A stretch of 63,330 bases of DNA, filler included, from Methanobacteriota archaeon (GCA_024860865.1; 5 parts of 5 records of this genome joined end to end with filler, not necessarily neighbours in it); one strand, 5' to 3'; shown: positions 1-10,981, counted from the whole stretch's first letter. Notes: generated by a model from the sequence alone, not told the origin. Numbers and translations: made by a program.

Positions 1-48
1 AAGAAGGTATGGAGCTGAAATAATAAAGTCCTGAAGTCTTCCGAATAA

Positions 49-1164
49 ATGATTCATATGGGAAAGCAATTTATTCCAATCACTAAGCCGATTTTAACTG
101 AAAATGAAACCCAGGCTGTAGCAGAAGTCCTCAGCTCTGGAATATTAGTCCAAGGTCCAAAAGTTCAAGAGTTTGAAAAAAAATTTGCAAAATATTTAGG
201 AGTAAAACATGCTATTGCCGTCAGCTCAGGCACAGCAGCACTTCATTTGGCTTTGCTTGCTGCAGGTATAAAAAAGAATGATGAAGTGATTACAACCCCT
301 TATAGCTTTGTTGCCTCGGCGACAGCTATTTTATTTTGTAATGCAATTCCAGTTTTTATTGATATCGATAAATCTTACAATTTGGACTCGGGTCAAATTA
401 CAGCAGCCATTACCGAAAAAACAAAAGCCATTCTCCCGGTTCATTTATTTGGGCATCCAGCAGATATGCCACAAATTGCAGAAATTGCGAATAGGCGTGA
501 CTTAATAGTTATTGAAGATTGTGCTCAAGCGTTAGGTGCAGAAATTAGTCATAAGAAAGTAGGAACTTTTGGAACTGTTGCTTGCTTTAGCTTTTACCCG
601 AGCAAGGCAATTACAACAGGAGAAGGTGGCTTAATCGCAACAAATGATGGACAAATTGCAGATAAGGCAAGGTTGTTAAGGGATCATGGACAAATTGCAA
701 AATATGAACACATTATATTAGGATACAATCTAAGAATGACAGAAATTGCAGCAGCCATTGGTCTTTGCCAATTAGAAAAGCTTGATGAGTGGAATGAAAA
801 GAGAATTGAAAATGCAGAACAGTATGCTGAGCAATTAAAAAAAATTAAAGACATTGAGCCGCCCTTCGTGGCGCATAATGTTAAACATGTTTTTAATCTA
901 TATGTCTGCCAGACAAAACAAAAACTTCGAAACAAAATTGTTTCATATTTACAAAAAAATGGGATTGACGCAAGAAAAGGTTATCCTAGACCAATTTATC
1001 GCCAATTGTTATTTAAGAACCATAAGTATCGGAAATTGCCTTGCGATAAAACTGAACAAATAATCAATCAAGTTTTGCAACTTCCTATTCACCCATTGCT
1101 ATCCAAATCAGAGATAGAGTATATAGTGACTAAGTTAAAGGAGTCATTTAAGAAATCTGTATAG
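49..1164 (+). CDS. DegT/DnrJ/EryC1/StrS-family sugar aminotransferase
   Basis: SSGTAALHLAL, IEDCAQA, FSFYPSKAITTGEGG (PLP lysine) and GYNLRM motifs. Confidence 0.95.
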   Translation: MIHMGKQFIPITKPILTENETQAVAEVLSSGILVQGPKVQEFEKKFAKYLGVKHAIAVSSGTAALHLALLAAGIKKNDEVITTPYSFVASATAILFCNAIPVFIDIDKSYNLDSGQITAAITEKTKAILPVHLFGHPADMPQIAEIANRRDLIVIEDCAQALGAEISHKKVGTFGTVACFSFYPSKAITTGEGGLIATNDGQIADKARLLRDHGQIAKYEHIILGYNLRMTEIAAAIGLCQLEKLDEWNEKRIENAEQYAEQLKKIKDIEPPFVAHNVKHVFNLYVCQTKQKLRNKIVSYLQKNGIDARKGYPRPIYRQLLFKNHKYRKLPCDKTEQIINQVLQLPIHPLLSKSEIEYIVTKLKESFKKSV

Positions 1165-1171
1165 GCGCCCA

Positions 1172-1783
1172 TTAATACTGATAAACTTCTTGTCCGTTTA
1201 TAGTTGAAGGATATATCTTATTTTTTGATGTAGCTCCATAGCATTTGTGTTCCCAAGTATACTGCTCATTCGGGCGAACAAAATATCTTGTTATATTGAA
1301 TTCCCCTTCTCCAGGTTTTGGCATATTTGGTTGAATCCCATTTCTCGCTTCAAATGCGCCAGCTATTATTTGCCAAGGTCTTTCAGCTTCTATAAAATAG
1401 CCATGATAGAAGGCATTCGGTAGAACTCTATACTCATCATGACAAATAACTTGTACTATCCTTCCATCTTTATCCTTCACTAGCTCTTGTGTGCGAAGGA
1501 CACCTGACCAATATTTCGCTACAAAAGCTGCTTTAGAACCGCATATTTCCGCATCAAAACCAAAACTTTCAGCTGAGGCATTATAGGTTTCTGTACACCA
1601 TGTAATTGCTTTCCCAAAAACATCAGGATTTAAAGAATTTAAAAACTCTACGGATACTTTATCCATGGGACGTTTTTCGTAAGGCGCAGGTTTAGAATAT
1701 TTATCATAAACTAGGTAAGCTACAAAAAAACTTACAAAAACAATAGCTAAGATCAGGACTAAATATGAACTAAATTTTTTCAA
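1172..1783 (-). CDS. hypothetical membrane-anchored/secreted protein
   Basis: 203-aa ORF, basic N-terminus plus hydrophobic helix, GGGGT SD-like motif before TTG; no family recognised. Confidence 0.6.
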   Translation of the reverse strand: MKKFSSYLVLILAIVFVSFFVAYLVYDKYSKPAPYEKRPMDKVSVEFLNSLNPDVFGKAITWCTETYNASAESFGFDAEICGSKAAFVAKYWSGVLRTQELVKDKDGRIVQVICHDEYRVLPNAFYHGYFIEAERPWQIIAGAFEARNGIQPNMPKPGEGEFNITRYFVRPNEQYTWEHKCYGATSKNKIYPSTINGQEVYQY

Positions 1784-2019
1784 TTTTTTACCCCAAGTTA
1801 ATATCCGTTTAACTGGGATGCAACCTATTTAAAGGTAATTTTGAAACGATTGCAGTCATGTAATCTAGAAATCAAATACTGATTTTTAATAGCTGAAAAA
1901 GTTTCAGAATGCTTTCCAACACTTTCAAAAGCTAAGAAAGCTCTTTTATGTATAAGTGTACCTAATTAAATCAGAGAGTTGTAATATAATAATTTGAAAA
2001 CTATCTTCGGATGATATAA

Positions 2020-2913
2020 ATGACTAACATTGTGCTGACAATGGATGTTGAACTTTGGAATTGGAGAGGAAATTTTGCAGAAGATATAGAAAAACCAGTA
2101 TTAAAAACAATAGAATTATTGCAAAAAGAGAATGTTCCAATTACACTTTTTATCTCCCTTTCTGATAAAGGCTTTAAGTGCGAAGATTACTTCTATAGAA
2201 TTACTAATTTTGTTTCTTCATTACCAAAAACAGCTTTAATTGAGATAGGAATCCATACCCATTGTCGCAATTTATCTGTTACCTTCCCAACAAAGAGCGA
2301 TAATTTGAGAGATTATAATCAAAAGCAAATTGAAGAAATAGTAACAATGTATAAAGAGGCTCTTGAGAACGCTTCGAAAAGAAGAATTTATGCCCATAGA
2401 GCAGGGAGTTATGCAATACCGCCTTTAAATGTGTTAGATGAAATCTTTGAGAGGCTAAAAATAACCGTTGATAGCTCAGATATTTCTACATATTACTCAG
2501 AAATAAGAAAGTATGAGAGTTTCTATGAAATACCGCCTGCAACAAATGAGCAACTCTCAAAAAACTTGCGTGTTTTCTCTCCTGACCAAATGAGCTTCAA
2601 TGAAATGATCAAATTTTACAATAAATCAAAATCTTACTCACAAAATTTAGTAATTAATTTACATAGTTTCTCCATATACGGAGAATCAATTATTCGTCCT
2701 AGTTCATTATCAGTTAGATTTTGGTATGGTATTCCCTCTTCTCTACAAAAAATGCTGAGACCTGAAATGAAAATATATCAAAAAATCTATAGGAGATTTA
2801 GAGGTCATGAGCCCAATGAGAATACGGAAGCCTTTGAAACACTGAGAAAAATAATTGTTTTTTTAAAGCAAGATGGATGTAAATTTGTCACATTTGATGA
2901 TTTGGCAAGATAG
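2020..2913 (+). CDS. polysaccharide deacetylase-like (CE4/NodB-fold) protein
   Basis: LTMDVE, EIGIHTH, HRAGSY, INLHS motifs; glycan-locus context. Confidence 0.75.
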   Translation: MTNIVLTMDVELWNWRGNFAEDIEKPVLKTIELLQKENVPITLFISLSDKGFKCEDYFYRITNFVSSLPKTALIEIGIHTHCRNLSVTFPTKSDNLRDYNQKQIEEIVTMYKEALENASKRRIYAHRAGSYAIPPLNVLDEIFERLKITVDSSDISTYYSEIRKYESFYEIPPATNEQLSKNLRVFSPDQMSFNEMIKFYNKSKSYSQNLVINLHSFSIYGESIIRPSSLSVRFWYGIPSSLQKMLRPEMKIYQKIYRRFRGHEPNENTEAFETLRKIIVFLKQDGCKFVTFDDLAR

Positions 2914-2932
2914 AAAGTTTCAGAAGAAATCT

Positions 2933-4021
2933 TCACATAGCAAGGACTTCTCCATAAACTTTTATAACTTCATTTGCTACGGCATCCCAACCGAACTTCT
3001 TCACAAACTTTAATCCACTTTCTGATAATTTTTTTGCCAAATCTGGATTAGATAGTATACTGATAATAGCCCCTGCCAATTCACTTGGATTTTCTGGCTC
3101 AACTATTATACCATTTTCGAAGTTCTTAACAAGTTCTGGAATGCCTCCAACGTTAGTCGCCACCACAGGTTTTCCACTTGCCATAGCTTCGAGTAAAACC
3201 TCTCCTAACCCTTCTGAGCGCGAAGGTAAAACTAGCACGTCAACAGCTGTTAAAATTTGAGGTACATCAGTTCTATATCCTGTAAAGATTGCTGAACCTT
3301 TAAGTTTAGTTGCAAGTTTCTCAAGTTTGCTCTTGAGCGGGCCATCCCCAACTATAACTAATTTCGCATTTTTAAAAGTTTTAGCTACACTTAGAAAAGC
3401 TTGGATAAGTAAGTCTACTCCCTTATTTTCGACTAAACTCCCAACAAATAATACAATTGCTTCATCCTTTAAATTTAGTTCTTTTCTAAAAGAAGTAACT
3501 TGATTTGGAGAAAATTTTTTCAAATCGACGCCATTTGGGATGCAAATCAATTTTTTAGGTTTTATTTTGAGCTCAATGGCTTTCTTTTTTAAAGCCTCAC
3601 TAACAACAATAAACTTGTCTGAATAATTTCCAATTCTCCTTATAAGCTGTCGATAAAAGTAGTTTTTACCAAGTATAAGCAAATCAGTTCCATGAGAGGT
3701 GATTATCAATGGTTTTTTTACAGCTCTTTTTGCGATTGCTCCAACAAGACCTTGTGGCAATACATAATGAGCATGGATTAAGTCAAAGTTGTATCTTTCC
3801 ACGATTTTTTTTGTTAAAGATGAGGCCCCCAACACAAATGAAGAACCCCTCAGAAAAGGAAAATTAATAGTTCTCACACCATGCACGTTGTCATGGGAAA
3901 AACCATATGTCACAATGTGCACTTCGTGCCCAAGATCCGTTAATGCTTTCGAGAGATCTGAAAGATGAGAAGCCACGCCTCCGAGAATTGGCGGATATTC
4001 ACCAATCATACAAATTCGCAA
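2933..4021 (-). CDS. GT4 family glycosyltransferase
   Basis: YPP..GG, IPNGVD, EGLGEVLLEAMASGKPVVATNVGGIPE (EX7E). Confidence 0.95.
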   Translation of the reverse strand: MRICMIGEYPPILGGVASHLSDLSKALTDLGHEVHIVTYGFSHDNVHGVRTINFPFLRGSSFVLGASSLTKKIVERYNFDLIHAHYVLPQGLVGAIAKRAVKKPLIITSHGTDLLILGKNYFYRQLIRRIGNYSDKFIVVSEALKKKAIELKIKPKKLICIPNGVDLKKFSPNQVTSFRKELNLKDEAIVLFVGSLVENKGVDLLIQAFLSVAKTFKNAKLVIVGDGPLKSKLEKLATKLKGSAIFTGYRTDVPQILTAVDVLVLPSRSEGLGEVLLEAMASGKPVVATNVGGIPELVKNFENGIIVEPENPSELAGAIISILSNPDLAKKLSESGLKFVKKFGWDAVANEVIKVYGEVLAM

Positions 4022-4022
4022 A

Positions 4023-5294
4023 TCAAATCACCGCTGCTAGAAATACAAAAATTCCAAAAATAAAGTAAATTATTACAATAAAATCAACCAATCCTGTCTC
4101 TATACCAGTTATAACGAATGCTAGTAAAAGGGCTTGTGTTGCAGCAATGAATCCATCTTTAGTTATTTTTGTAAGTTTATGGCCTATCCCAACAATCCCC
4201 CCTAAAATTACCATTCCAACTATAACCCCAATCAACCCAAAGTCAATCACAATAGGCCCAAGCAAAGTTGAAGTTGTGCTTATATGTTCCCTTCCACCTA
4301 AAAAATGTGTAATTAGTGTTCTAGGCCCAAAAGGCGTGCCTGGGATCCACCTTAAAAATCCGAGAGAGGAAAAGCTAGAAAGATAAACTAAACCATGAGA
4401 AATTCCCGTTAATCCGCCTCTATTTGCTAGGTAGTCAAAGGCTGCTAGAGTCGCACCTATTCTTCCGCCTATAATCGCAGCGGTTACATCTCCTCCTAAC
4501 CATAGCTGCCTTAAGAAGCTCAAACCCAAAGCAATGATAACGATTGAAATAATAAAAATAAAACTTTCAAAGAAACTAAACAGGTCTAAATAAATCGCAA
4601 TAAAAAAAATTCCAAGTAATAAAACTAGAATCTCAGTGCGATAACCAAGCAAACTAACTAAAGCAGTTGAAATTATAGTTAAAAGCAAAATCCAATTTCT
4701 TGCAATTTTTCTGTCTAATTTTTCTCGCTGAACTAAATTGCCAATATGGCCAGCTAAAAATAATGCCCCGGGCACTAACAAAAATGCGAGATATTCATAT
4801 TCTGCACTTAATATTCGCCGCAAACTTGGATTGAATAAAGGAATCCCACTCGCGTGAATAAGACTTATAGATAAAAATACAAGTCCAATAATACTAAGAA
4901 TTGATCCAAATACAGCAGCTACACTTTTTGAAAATAGAGGCCGGTCTTTTAATCGGATTCTACTCATTAATAAAGCAGTTAAAGAAAATACGATTAAAGC
5001 AATGGATATAACTAAAAAACCATATCCAGAAAGGACGTAATTTGATAAGTACATAAATGCTAAAAAAATAAGCAGAAAAAGTACAGCAGGGTGAATCAAC
5101 TTCGGGAATAAGTTAAACTCAAATTTAGGAAGATAATCCAAAAAAGAAAAAATCCTTGATGTAACTTTAAAAGCGCGCAGAAAAATGCTATAACTAAAAG
5201 ATGCGCCAAAAAAGAGCCAAAATCTAGCCAATATATCAAATACCTTGCTTGTTTTAAAGCTTAGCTTTAAAAAGCCAAAGAACTCTGTGAGCAT
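4023..5294 (-). CDS. Wzy-like oligosaccharide repeat-unit polymerase family membrane protein
   Basis: polytopic 423-aa protein with GIPLF..LR, LLGYRT, TSTLLGP..DFG motifs; co-oriented with GT4. Confidence 0.7.
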   Translation of the reverse strand: MLTEFFGFLKLSFKTSKVFDILARFWLFFGASFSYSIFLRAFKVTSRIFSFLDYLPKFEFNLFPKLIHPAVLFLLIFLAFMYLSNYVLSGYGFLVISIALIVFSLTALLMSRIRLKDRPLFSKSVAAVFGSILSIIGLVFLSISLIHASGIPLFNPSLRRILSAEYEYLAFLLVPGALFLAGHIGNLVQREKLDRKIARNWILLLTIISTALVSLLGYRTEILVLLLGIFFIAIYLDLFSFFESFIFIISIVIIALGLSFLRQLWLGGDVTAAIIGGRIGATLAAFDYLANRGGLTGISHGLVYLSSFSSLGFLRWIPGTPFGPRTLITHFLGGREHISTTSTLLGPIVIDFGLIGVIVGMVILGGIVGIGHKLTKITKDGFIAATQALLLAFVITGIETGLVDFIVIIYFIFGIFVFLAAVI

Positions 5295-5295
5295 C

Positions 5296-6162
5296 TCATC
5301 CGCCTAGCGGTTTAAGAACAACATGAATAGCAGAAGATTCAATCTCCGGATTGCCCATAATTTTAAGTTTAATATTATTAGCGTCATTTTTAGAAAGTAA
5401 TTTTTCAGTGCCAATGTATAAGTCTATTGAACTAGTTACTATTTTTTGTGGATACAAATTATGTTGCCTTAAAATTTTATCAATACTAGAGAGATCATTA
5501 TAGCTTAGATGAGTAAAAAGTATCTCAAATCCATTCTCCCTGGTGATTACAGTCATTCCTTTAGCAAAGACTTGATCATAAAGTGCATTGTCTACTTCTT
5601 GACTAACTGCAGGTGATGACTGCATACCTGAAATTTCAATGCCAACTTTAAATGTAGCCAGTATATTATTCGGGGAATACTCTATAAAAGAATCCGCGAG
5701 ATTCTTAATTTTATTTTGTATTTCTTCAAAGGATGAAACAGTTTGACCCTTCATTTTCGCTTGAACAACTGATTTAGATTGACACTTTAAGAAAATCCGA
5801 TCAGCTGCAATGTCTTCAACATAAGAGAGCGGCCCTCCAACAGTAACTTTTCGATGGTTTAATAAAATCACAAATTGGCCGCTTTTCGCATCCACTATTA
5901 GACCTCCACCCGAGAATGGTTGCCTTTCCCCAGTCCACACCCCTTTAATCTCGGCTTTAACTAAAAATCCTTGAGTACTCAAAATAGTGTAAGTACTAAC
6001 TGCCCTATAGATGTCTGAGCCACTAAATTCAAATGTTTCAATAGTATAGCTCACATACCTAAAGGTAAGAAATCCAATTAGGACCAAAATTCCAAGTAAA
6101 ACGATTAGATCAACAAAGTTTATCCCGAATATTTTTCCTTTTTCTCGATCAATTAGTTTCAA
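5296..6162 (-). CDS. membrane-anchored protein with DUF4330-like N-terminus
   Basis: MKLID..GKIFGINFVDL plus TM helix; first gene of GT4/Wzy unit. Confidence 0.55.
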   Translation of the reverse strand: MKLIDREKGKIFGINFVDLIVLLGILVLIGFLTFRYVSYTIETFEFSGSDIYRAVSTYTILSTQGFLVKAEIKGVWTGERQPFSGGGLIVDAKSGQFVILLNHRKVTVGGPLSYVEDIAADRIFLKCQSKSVVQAKMKGQTVSSFEEIQNKIKNLADSFIEYSPNNILATFKVGIEISGMQSSPAVSQEVDNALYDQVFAKGMTVITRENGFEILFTHLSYNDLSSIDKILRQHNLYPQKIVTSSIDLYIGTEKLLSKNDANNIKLKIMGNPEIESSAIHVVLKPLGG

Positions 6163-6389
6163 TATATTACCTTCCAGTGATGTATCTACTCATGGTTTTA
6201 ATTTTTAAGTTTTTAGCTTATCTCTTTGAATCCCAAGCTCAAGTTTATAAATCTCCCGATTGGAATTTAAACCTAAGTTAAAAAGAGCAATTTTATTTAT
6301 TTATCTGTAAACTATATGCTATTTTAAAAACCTGAAGGAAAGATAAGTGGCTGGAAGTATTCGCTACTCTTGCTAATAAGCTATTCCCT

Positions 6390-7241
6390 GTGATTTTAGT
6401 GGAAATTCAATTAAATCAACCATTTAATCTCAAACACACACTAGAATGTGGCCAAGCTTTTCGTTGGCAAAAACTGAATGATTGGTATTTTGGAGTGGTA
6501 AATAATTTTATTATTAAAATCAAGCAAACCTCAGATTCTGAACTAGGATTTTACACATCGCCAGGAAAAGACAATATTGCATTAATAACAAAATATTTTA
6601 GACTAAATGATGATTTGACTCAAATCTTATCCAAGATAAATCGGGATAAGCACATTAAAAAAGCAATCAACCAATTACAAGGTTTGCGACTTCTTAGGCA
6701 AGATCCTTGGGAGTGCTTAATATCATATGTTTGTTCAGCCGCCTCAAATATCCCGCAAATTAGTAAAACAATTAACAAGCTTTCTGAACAATTTGGAGAA
6801 AAACTAGTCCAAGATTATTTTGTAGGTTACACATTTCCCACATCTAAACAACTCGCAAATACAACTGAAAAAGAATTAAGAAAAACTGGAATGGGTTTCA
6901 GAGCTAAATATGTTTCAAAAATAGCAAAAATCATAGAAAATGGAAGTTTCACTCTCGAAGAGATTAAACAACTGGACTATACGGAAGCCAAAAATAAATT
7001 AATGGTATTACTAGGTGTGGGCCACAAAATTGCAGACTGTGTTTTACTATATTCTTTAGATAAACTTGGAGCATTTCCAATTGATAGATGGGTTAGGCGC
7101 ATTATGCATGAACTATATTTCGATAAAAAAGCTTCAGACGAAACTATTGGAAGGTTTGCTCGAGATTACTTTGGCAAATATGCGGGATACGCCCAATTAT
7201 ATCTTTTTTATTATAAGAGATTAAATCAAAAATTTTCTTAA
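6390..7241 (+). CDS. ogg: 8-oxoguanine DNA glycosylase (OGG_N + HhH-GPD)
   Basis: TLECGQAFRW, RQDPWECLISY, GVGHKIADC, FPID, YAGYAQ. Confidence 0.9.
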   Translation: MILVEIQLNQPFNLKHTLECGQAFRWQKLNDWYFGVVNNFIIKIKQTSDSELGFYTSPGKDNIALITKYFRLNDDLTQILSKINRDKHIKKAINQLQGLRLLRQDPWECLISYVCSAASNIPQISKTINKLSEQFGEKLVQDYFVGYTFPTSKQLANTTEKELRKTGMGFRAKYVSKIAKIIENGSFTLEEIKQLDYTEAKNKLMVLLGVGHKIADCVLLYSLDKLGAFPIDRWVRRIMHELYFDKKASDETIGRFARDYFGKYAGYAQLYLFYYKRLNQKFS

Positions 7242-7269
7242 GTGAAATATTTTGGAAATACACAAAAAC

Positions 7270-7470
7270 ATTACTAAAACTTAACAGCTTCAATTGGGCA
7301 TCCACCACTTCGAGAACTCACTCCCTCACCGGAGGCACAGGTTCGCTTAATACTTACGGATGCTTTCGAGGTTGCTGCCTTTACTCGGCTATCAGCTAAA
7401 GCAAATGGTATTCTCGCGAACACCCACAATAATAAAGTAGAGCGTGAATATCGATTACGTGGCGCTTCAA
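7270..7470 (-). pseudogene. degraded VapC/PIN toxin
   Basis: TTG 3 nt after the antitoxin stop reads MKRHVIDIHALLYY (PIN N-terminal pattern), TAG at 7396-7398; later FALADSRVKAAT fragment in another frame; 3' boundary approximate. Confidence 0.6.
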
Positions 7471-7473
7471 AAG

Positions 7474-7710
7474 TTAAACTCCTTTAAAAAGTGTTTTTTT
7501 AGCTCGTTTAATGATTTCACCAAGATCGATACCCTTCCAAGCTTCCTTCATTAAACCTCGTAACTCTCGAGTGGGTAAGCTTGGTTTTAACAATATTCCC
7601 TCTTTATGGGGAATAACACGCAACCTTTGCCCTGGTTTTAAACCATATTTCTCTCGTATCTTTTTGGGGATTACTACCTGCCCCTTTGAAGATACCAAAG
7701 TTTCAGTCAT
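7474..7710 (-). CDS. AbrB/MazE/SpoVT-family antitoxin
   Basis: VSSKGQVVIPKKIREKYGLKPG signature. Confidence 0.9.
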   Translation of the reverse strand: MTETLVSSKGQVVIPKKIREKYGLKPGQRLRVIPHKEGILLKPSLPTRELRGLMKEAWKGIDLGEIIKRAKKTLFKGV

Positions 7711-7816
7711 AATTTATGGTAATACTCTCTTACTTTTAAAATCTTACTATAAATTTTTAGTAAAATAATTCATTTTCGAGTGGTTGTATTTAACTCATCG
7801 AGAGTTCAAAATGAGT

Positions 7817-8503
7817 TTAAGTTTTCTTCACTACTAATTTGATTTCCTTGGCATTCGAGTCTACGTCTTTTAATGAGGAAAGCATTCCAACTACTGTAGT
7901 TTTAATGAAATCCTGAACAAAAGATTTTAATGGAATTTGTTTTTCATTCACTGTTAGTTTAACAACTTTGGTTGATATTTTTGATAATTTATTTTCAATA
8001 ACATTAACTAATCTGCCTATTTCAGTCTCGTGATCAAGTATCTCAACATTTGTTTTTGACTTTAATTGAAGTTTTTCTTCCTCATTCTTTACAATTGGGC
8101 CAGTTACTGCAATTGAATATCCATCAGATAAAATCTCTTGAACTTCTTTTGCATTTGTTCCAACTATCAGCTTTGGTTGCCCTATACTATGCCAACCCTC
8201 AATTATGATAACATCTATATCTCTGAGAAATTCAATTAATTGCTCAAGCTCAGGTTCGGATTGAGATTTAATGAAAGCTGTTTCACCTTTAGCAACGCTG
8301 GCAACTATAGTTGCTCCTGCTCGAGCATGTCTAAAAGTATCTTTACCAGGAGTATCAATTGTAAAGTCTGCTTTATGAGTATGTTTAATTGTTCCAACTT
8401 TATAGCCGCGAGATACAAACTCTTTAACTAAAGCTTCAACCACATCTGTTTTATTTGCCTCTCTGCCCGGGCCTACTACAGAGAAAATTAACAATTCCAT
8501 CAC
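7817..8503 (-). CDS. mobB: molybdopterin-guanine dinucleotide biosynthesis protein B
   Basis: degenerate P-loop, VGTIKH, DTPGKDTFRH..AGA, IIEG, C-terminal FVQDFI domain. Confidence 0.9.
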   Translation of the reverse strand: MMELLIFSVVGPGREANKTDVVEALVKEFVSRGYKVGTIKHTHKADFTIDTPGKDTFRHARAGATIVASVAKGETAFIKSQSEPELEQLIEFLRDIDVIIIEGWHSIGQPKLIVGTNAKEVQEILSDGYSIAVTGPIVKNEEEKLQLKSKTNVEILDHETEIGRLVNVIENKLSKISTKVVKLTVNEKQIPLKSFVQDFIKTTVVGMLSSLKDVDSNAKEIKLVVKKT

Positions 8504-8525
8504 CTATTTTGGATGACAAAATGGT

Positions 8526-9713
8526 TTATTGCATATTCTGTGGTTCGATATATTTTATTATCTTATGTTTAATCGCTAATGCTACAGCGAGCCCTGCAAA
8601 GAATCCAATCGCAATATTTGTTACGATGCTCAGCACAGCTATGAACACTACTACAAACATATTAACGTATTCTCTCATGTCTCGGATGTAAAGACAAAGC
8701 TCTAAACCGGCAAATAGTAGAATTGCTCCAATAATGCTCATCGGCATTGCTCTTATAAATGCTATTATTGAATTGCCAAAGAACAAACCTAAAACCATCA
8801 TTACAACCCCAAGCACAACCATCGACCCACCAGTGCGAGCGCCAAATCGATACTGGCCAGAGATTCCTCCAGCCCCATGGCACATCGGAATCCCCCCAAT
8901 GAATGGAGATAAAATATTTAAAAAACCAACGCTTGTTGCAACTGTACGAGTATTAACCGGTTTTGAAGGAAAAAGATCCCGAGCGATAGCCACAGTAGCG
9001 ATTATTGAATTTCCGATTGTTAATGGAACCTGCGCAATCGCAGCTTTAAAGCCTGCTGTAAAATCATTCACTCCAGGGATGATCGGTGTAGGCATATGGA
9101 AACCTACCGAAAGTTTAGATAGGAGACTTGGAGCTGAAATCATAGCCAATCCAATGCCAAGCCCAAATATAGCAAGTCCTGCTGGAATTTTCCGACTATT
9201 CGCTAGAAAGAAAACCAGTATTATTGCAATAATTCCGACTGCAACGCTATCATATCCAATCCAAGGTGTTCCATTTCCATAGATATATCCTAGACCATTC
9301 ATAGCAAGCGAGATACCAAGACCGAGCTGTACTCCACGAATCACTGGTCTAGGAACATATCTATCAAGAAATTCAATCCCTCCTAATAGCACAATCATTA
9401 GAATTGCCATTCCAGTTACTAGACCAGCAGCCGCAATCTGTTCTGGCGTAAATTTTTCCGCAATTGCTATTGCTCCAATCGCTTTCATTGGCTGCACTGC
9501 CATAGGTATTGCAAACGTTATTCCTGTTATAATATGAAATGCACCAAACATCAACATAATTCCAACTGGGGATACGCCACAAAATACGACTATGCCGATA
9601 AAAAATGGAATGAAAGTCCCCATATCTCCGAGTGATCCGGCAATTTCATGCCTATCATATCGGAAGCCAGAAATCTGTTTTTTAACATCTGCAGCGATGG
9701 ACATAATCCCCAC
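8526..9713 (-). CDS. MOT1-family molybdate transporter
   Basis: GSLGDMGTFIP, PMAVQPMKAI, PMCHGAGG..GQYRFGARTG. Confidence 0.9.
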   Translation of the reverse strand: MGIMSIAADVKKQISGFRYDRHEIAGSLGDMGTFIPFFIGIVVFCGVSPVGIMLMFGAFHIITGITFAIPMAVQPMKAIGAIAIAEKFTPEQIAAAGLVTGMAILMIVLLGGIEFLDRYVPRPVIRGVQLGLGISLAMNGLGYIYGNGTPWIGYDSVAVGIIAIILVFFLANSRKIPAGLAIFGLGIGLAMISAPSLLSKLSVGFHMPTPIIPGVNDFTAGFKAAIAQVPLTIGNSIIATVAIARDLFPSKPVNTRTVATSVGFLNILSPFIGGIPMCHGAGGISGQYRFGARTGGSMVVLGVVMMVLGLFFGNSIIAFIRAMPMSIIGAILLFAGLELCLYIRDMREYVNMFVVVFIAVLSIVTNIAIGFFAGLAVALAIKHKIIKYIEPQNMQ

Positions 9714-10960
9714 TATTCCACTGGTCTAAATAGTTCAACCTCAACTTCTTCTCCTGTTTCTACCCTATCCTTCCCCTCAGGGATAACTAACAATCCATTG
9801 GCTCTTACCATAGAAGAAAGAACTCCAGAACCTTTTTTTAATGGCTCTACAAAAAGCTGACTTTCTTTCTCAAAAACTCGAACTCGAACAAATTCTCTTA
9901 TTTTAAGCATAGAATTAATGTTCTTTACAGCTCTTGCTTTAACAATGGTTTTAATTTCTTTGCTCACTCCAAGCATTTTTCGAATTACAGGCTTGGCAAG
10001 AGTTTCAAATCCAATCATAGCACCAATTGGATAGCCGGATAAAAATACAATCGGTTTATCGCTAACAATACCTAAGCCCGCAACTTTACCCGGCTTTATT
10101 GCAACACCGTGAATGATTATTGAACCAAATTTTTCAATAGCCTTACATACAAAATCATTAGTTCCAGGCCCTGCTCCACCCATTGTAATGATTATATCTG
10201 TCTTTCCAATTCCTTCTTTTATCTTATTTTCAATTTCATCAAGATTATCTCTAGCGATCCCTAGATTGAGCGGTGTTGCTCCAGCTTCAATAACCATTCC
10301 GCTGATTATTGTTCTATTTGTGCTAGCTACTTTGCAAAGTGGAACTGGTTTGCCCGCCTCAACTAATTCATTCCCAGTAGATATCAATGCCACAAGTGGT
10401 TTTTTTATAACCTTAACAGTTGTTTTTTCAAGAGAAATTACAATGCCAAGATCTGCTGGTTTTAAAACCTCTCCCTTTCTAAGTAAAATCTCTCCTGCTG
10501 TAAAATCTTCTCCCCTCTTGGAAACATCTTTTTCCGATGCAATAGGAAATGTAATTTGGATTTCATCATCAGAAATTTTTTTAGTGTGCTCCACTCTAAT
10601 AACAGCATCAGAACCCTTTGGCATTGCTCCTCCAGTTGGAATATATGCAGCTTGATTTTTTTCAAGCATAAATGCTGGAACTTCTCCAATCTCAACGCTT
10701 CTAATTACTTTAAGGATAGCTGGATTTTCTTGTGAAGCCCCAAAAGTATCGCTTGCTCTAACTGCAAATCCGTCCATTGCTGCTCTATCAAAATTAGGAA
10801 CGTCTCTATCTGCTACAATATCCTCGGCTAAAACTCTTCCAAGAGCATCATGAATCGGAATTTCTTCGGGCTCAAGCTGTTTAATCTCTGTAGTCTCGAA
10901 AAATTTTCTTACAGCATCTTGCACGCTTATTCTTTTTAATGCTGAACTTCCTTTACTCAA
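9713..10960 (-). CDS. moeA: molybdopterin molybdotransferase
   Basis: GRVLAED, FDRAAMDGFA, STGNEL, IKPGK, RANG. Confidence 0.95.
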   Translation of the reverse strand: MSKGSSALKRISVQDAVRKFFETTEIKQLEPEEIPIHDALGRVLAEDIVADRDVPNFDRAAMDGFAVRASDTFGASQENPAILKVIRSVEIGEVPAFMLEKNQAAYIPTGGAMPKGSDAVIRVEHTKKISDDEIQITFPIASEKDVSKRGEDFTAGEILLRKGEVLKPADLGIVISLEKTTVKVIKKPLVALISTGNELVEAGKPVPLCKVASTNRTIISGMVIEAGATPLNLGIARDNLDEIENKIKEGIGKTDIIITMGGAGPGTNDFVCKAIEKFGSIIIHGVAIKPGKVAGLGIVSDKPIVFLSGYPIGAMIGFETLAKPVIRKMLGVSKEIKTIVKARAVKNINSMLKIREFVRVRVFEKESQLFVEPLKKGSGVLSSMVRANGLLVIPEGKDRVETGEEVEVELFRPVE

Positions 10961-10981
10961 TCTGAGTTCCTCATCAGTATA

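Noticed and set aside
8734-10655. Long antisense ORFs (8734..9282, 10113..10655; also 32826..33380, 53136..53510 and similar)
   Set aside because: Shadows of well-supported genes on the opposite strand, with no recognisable motifs.
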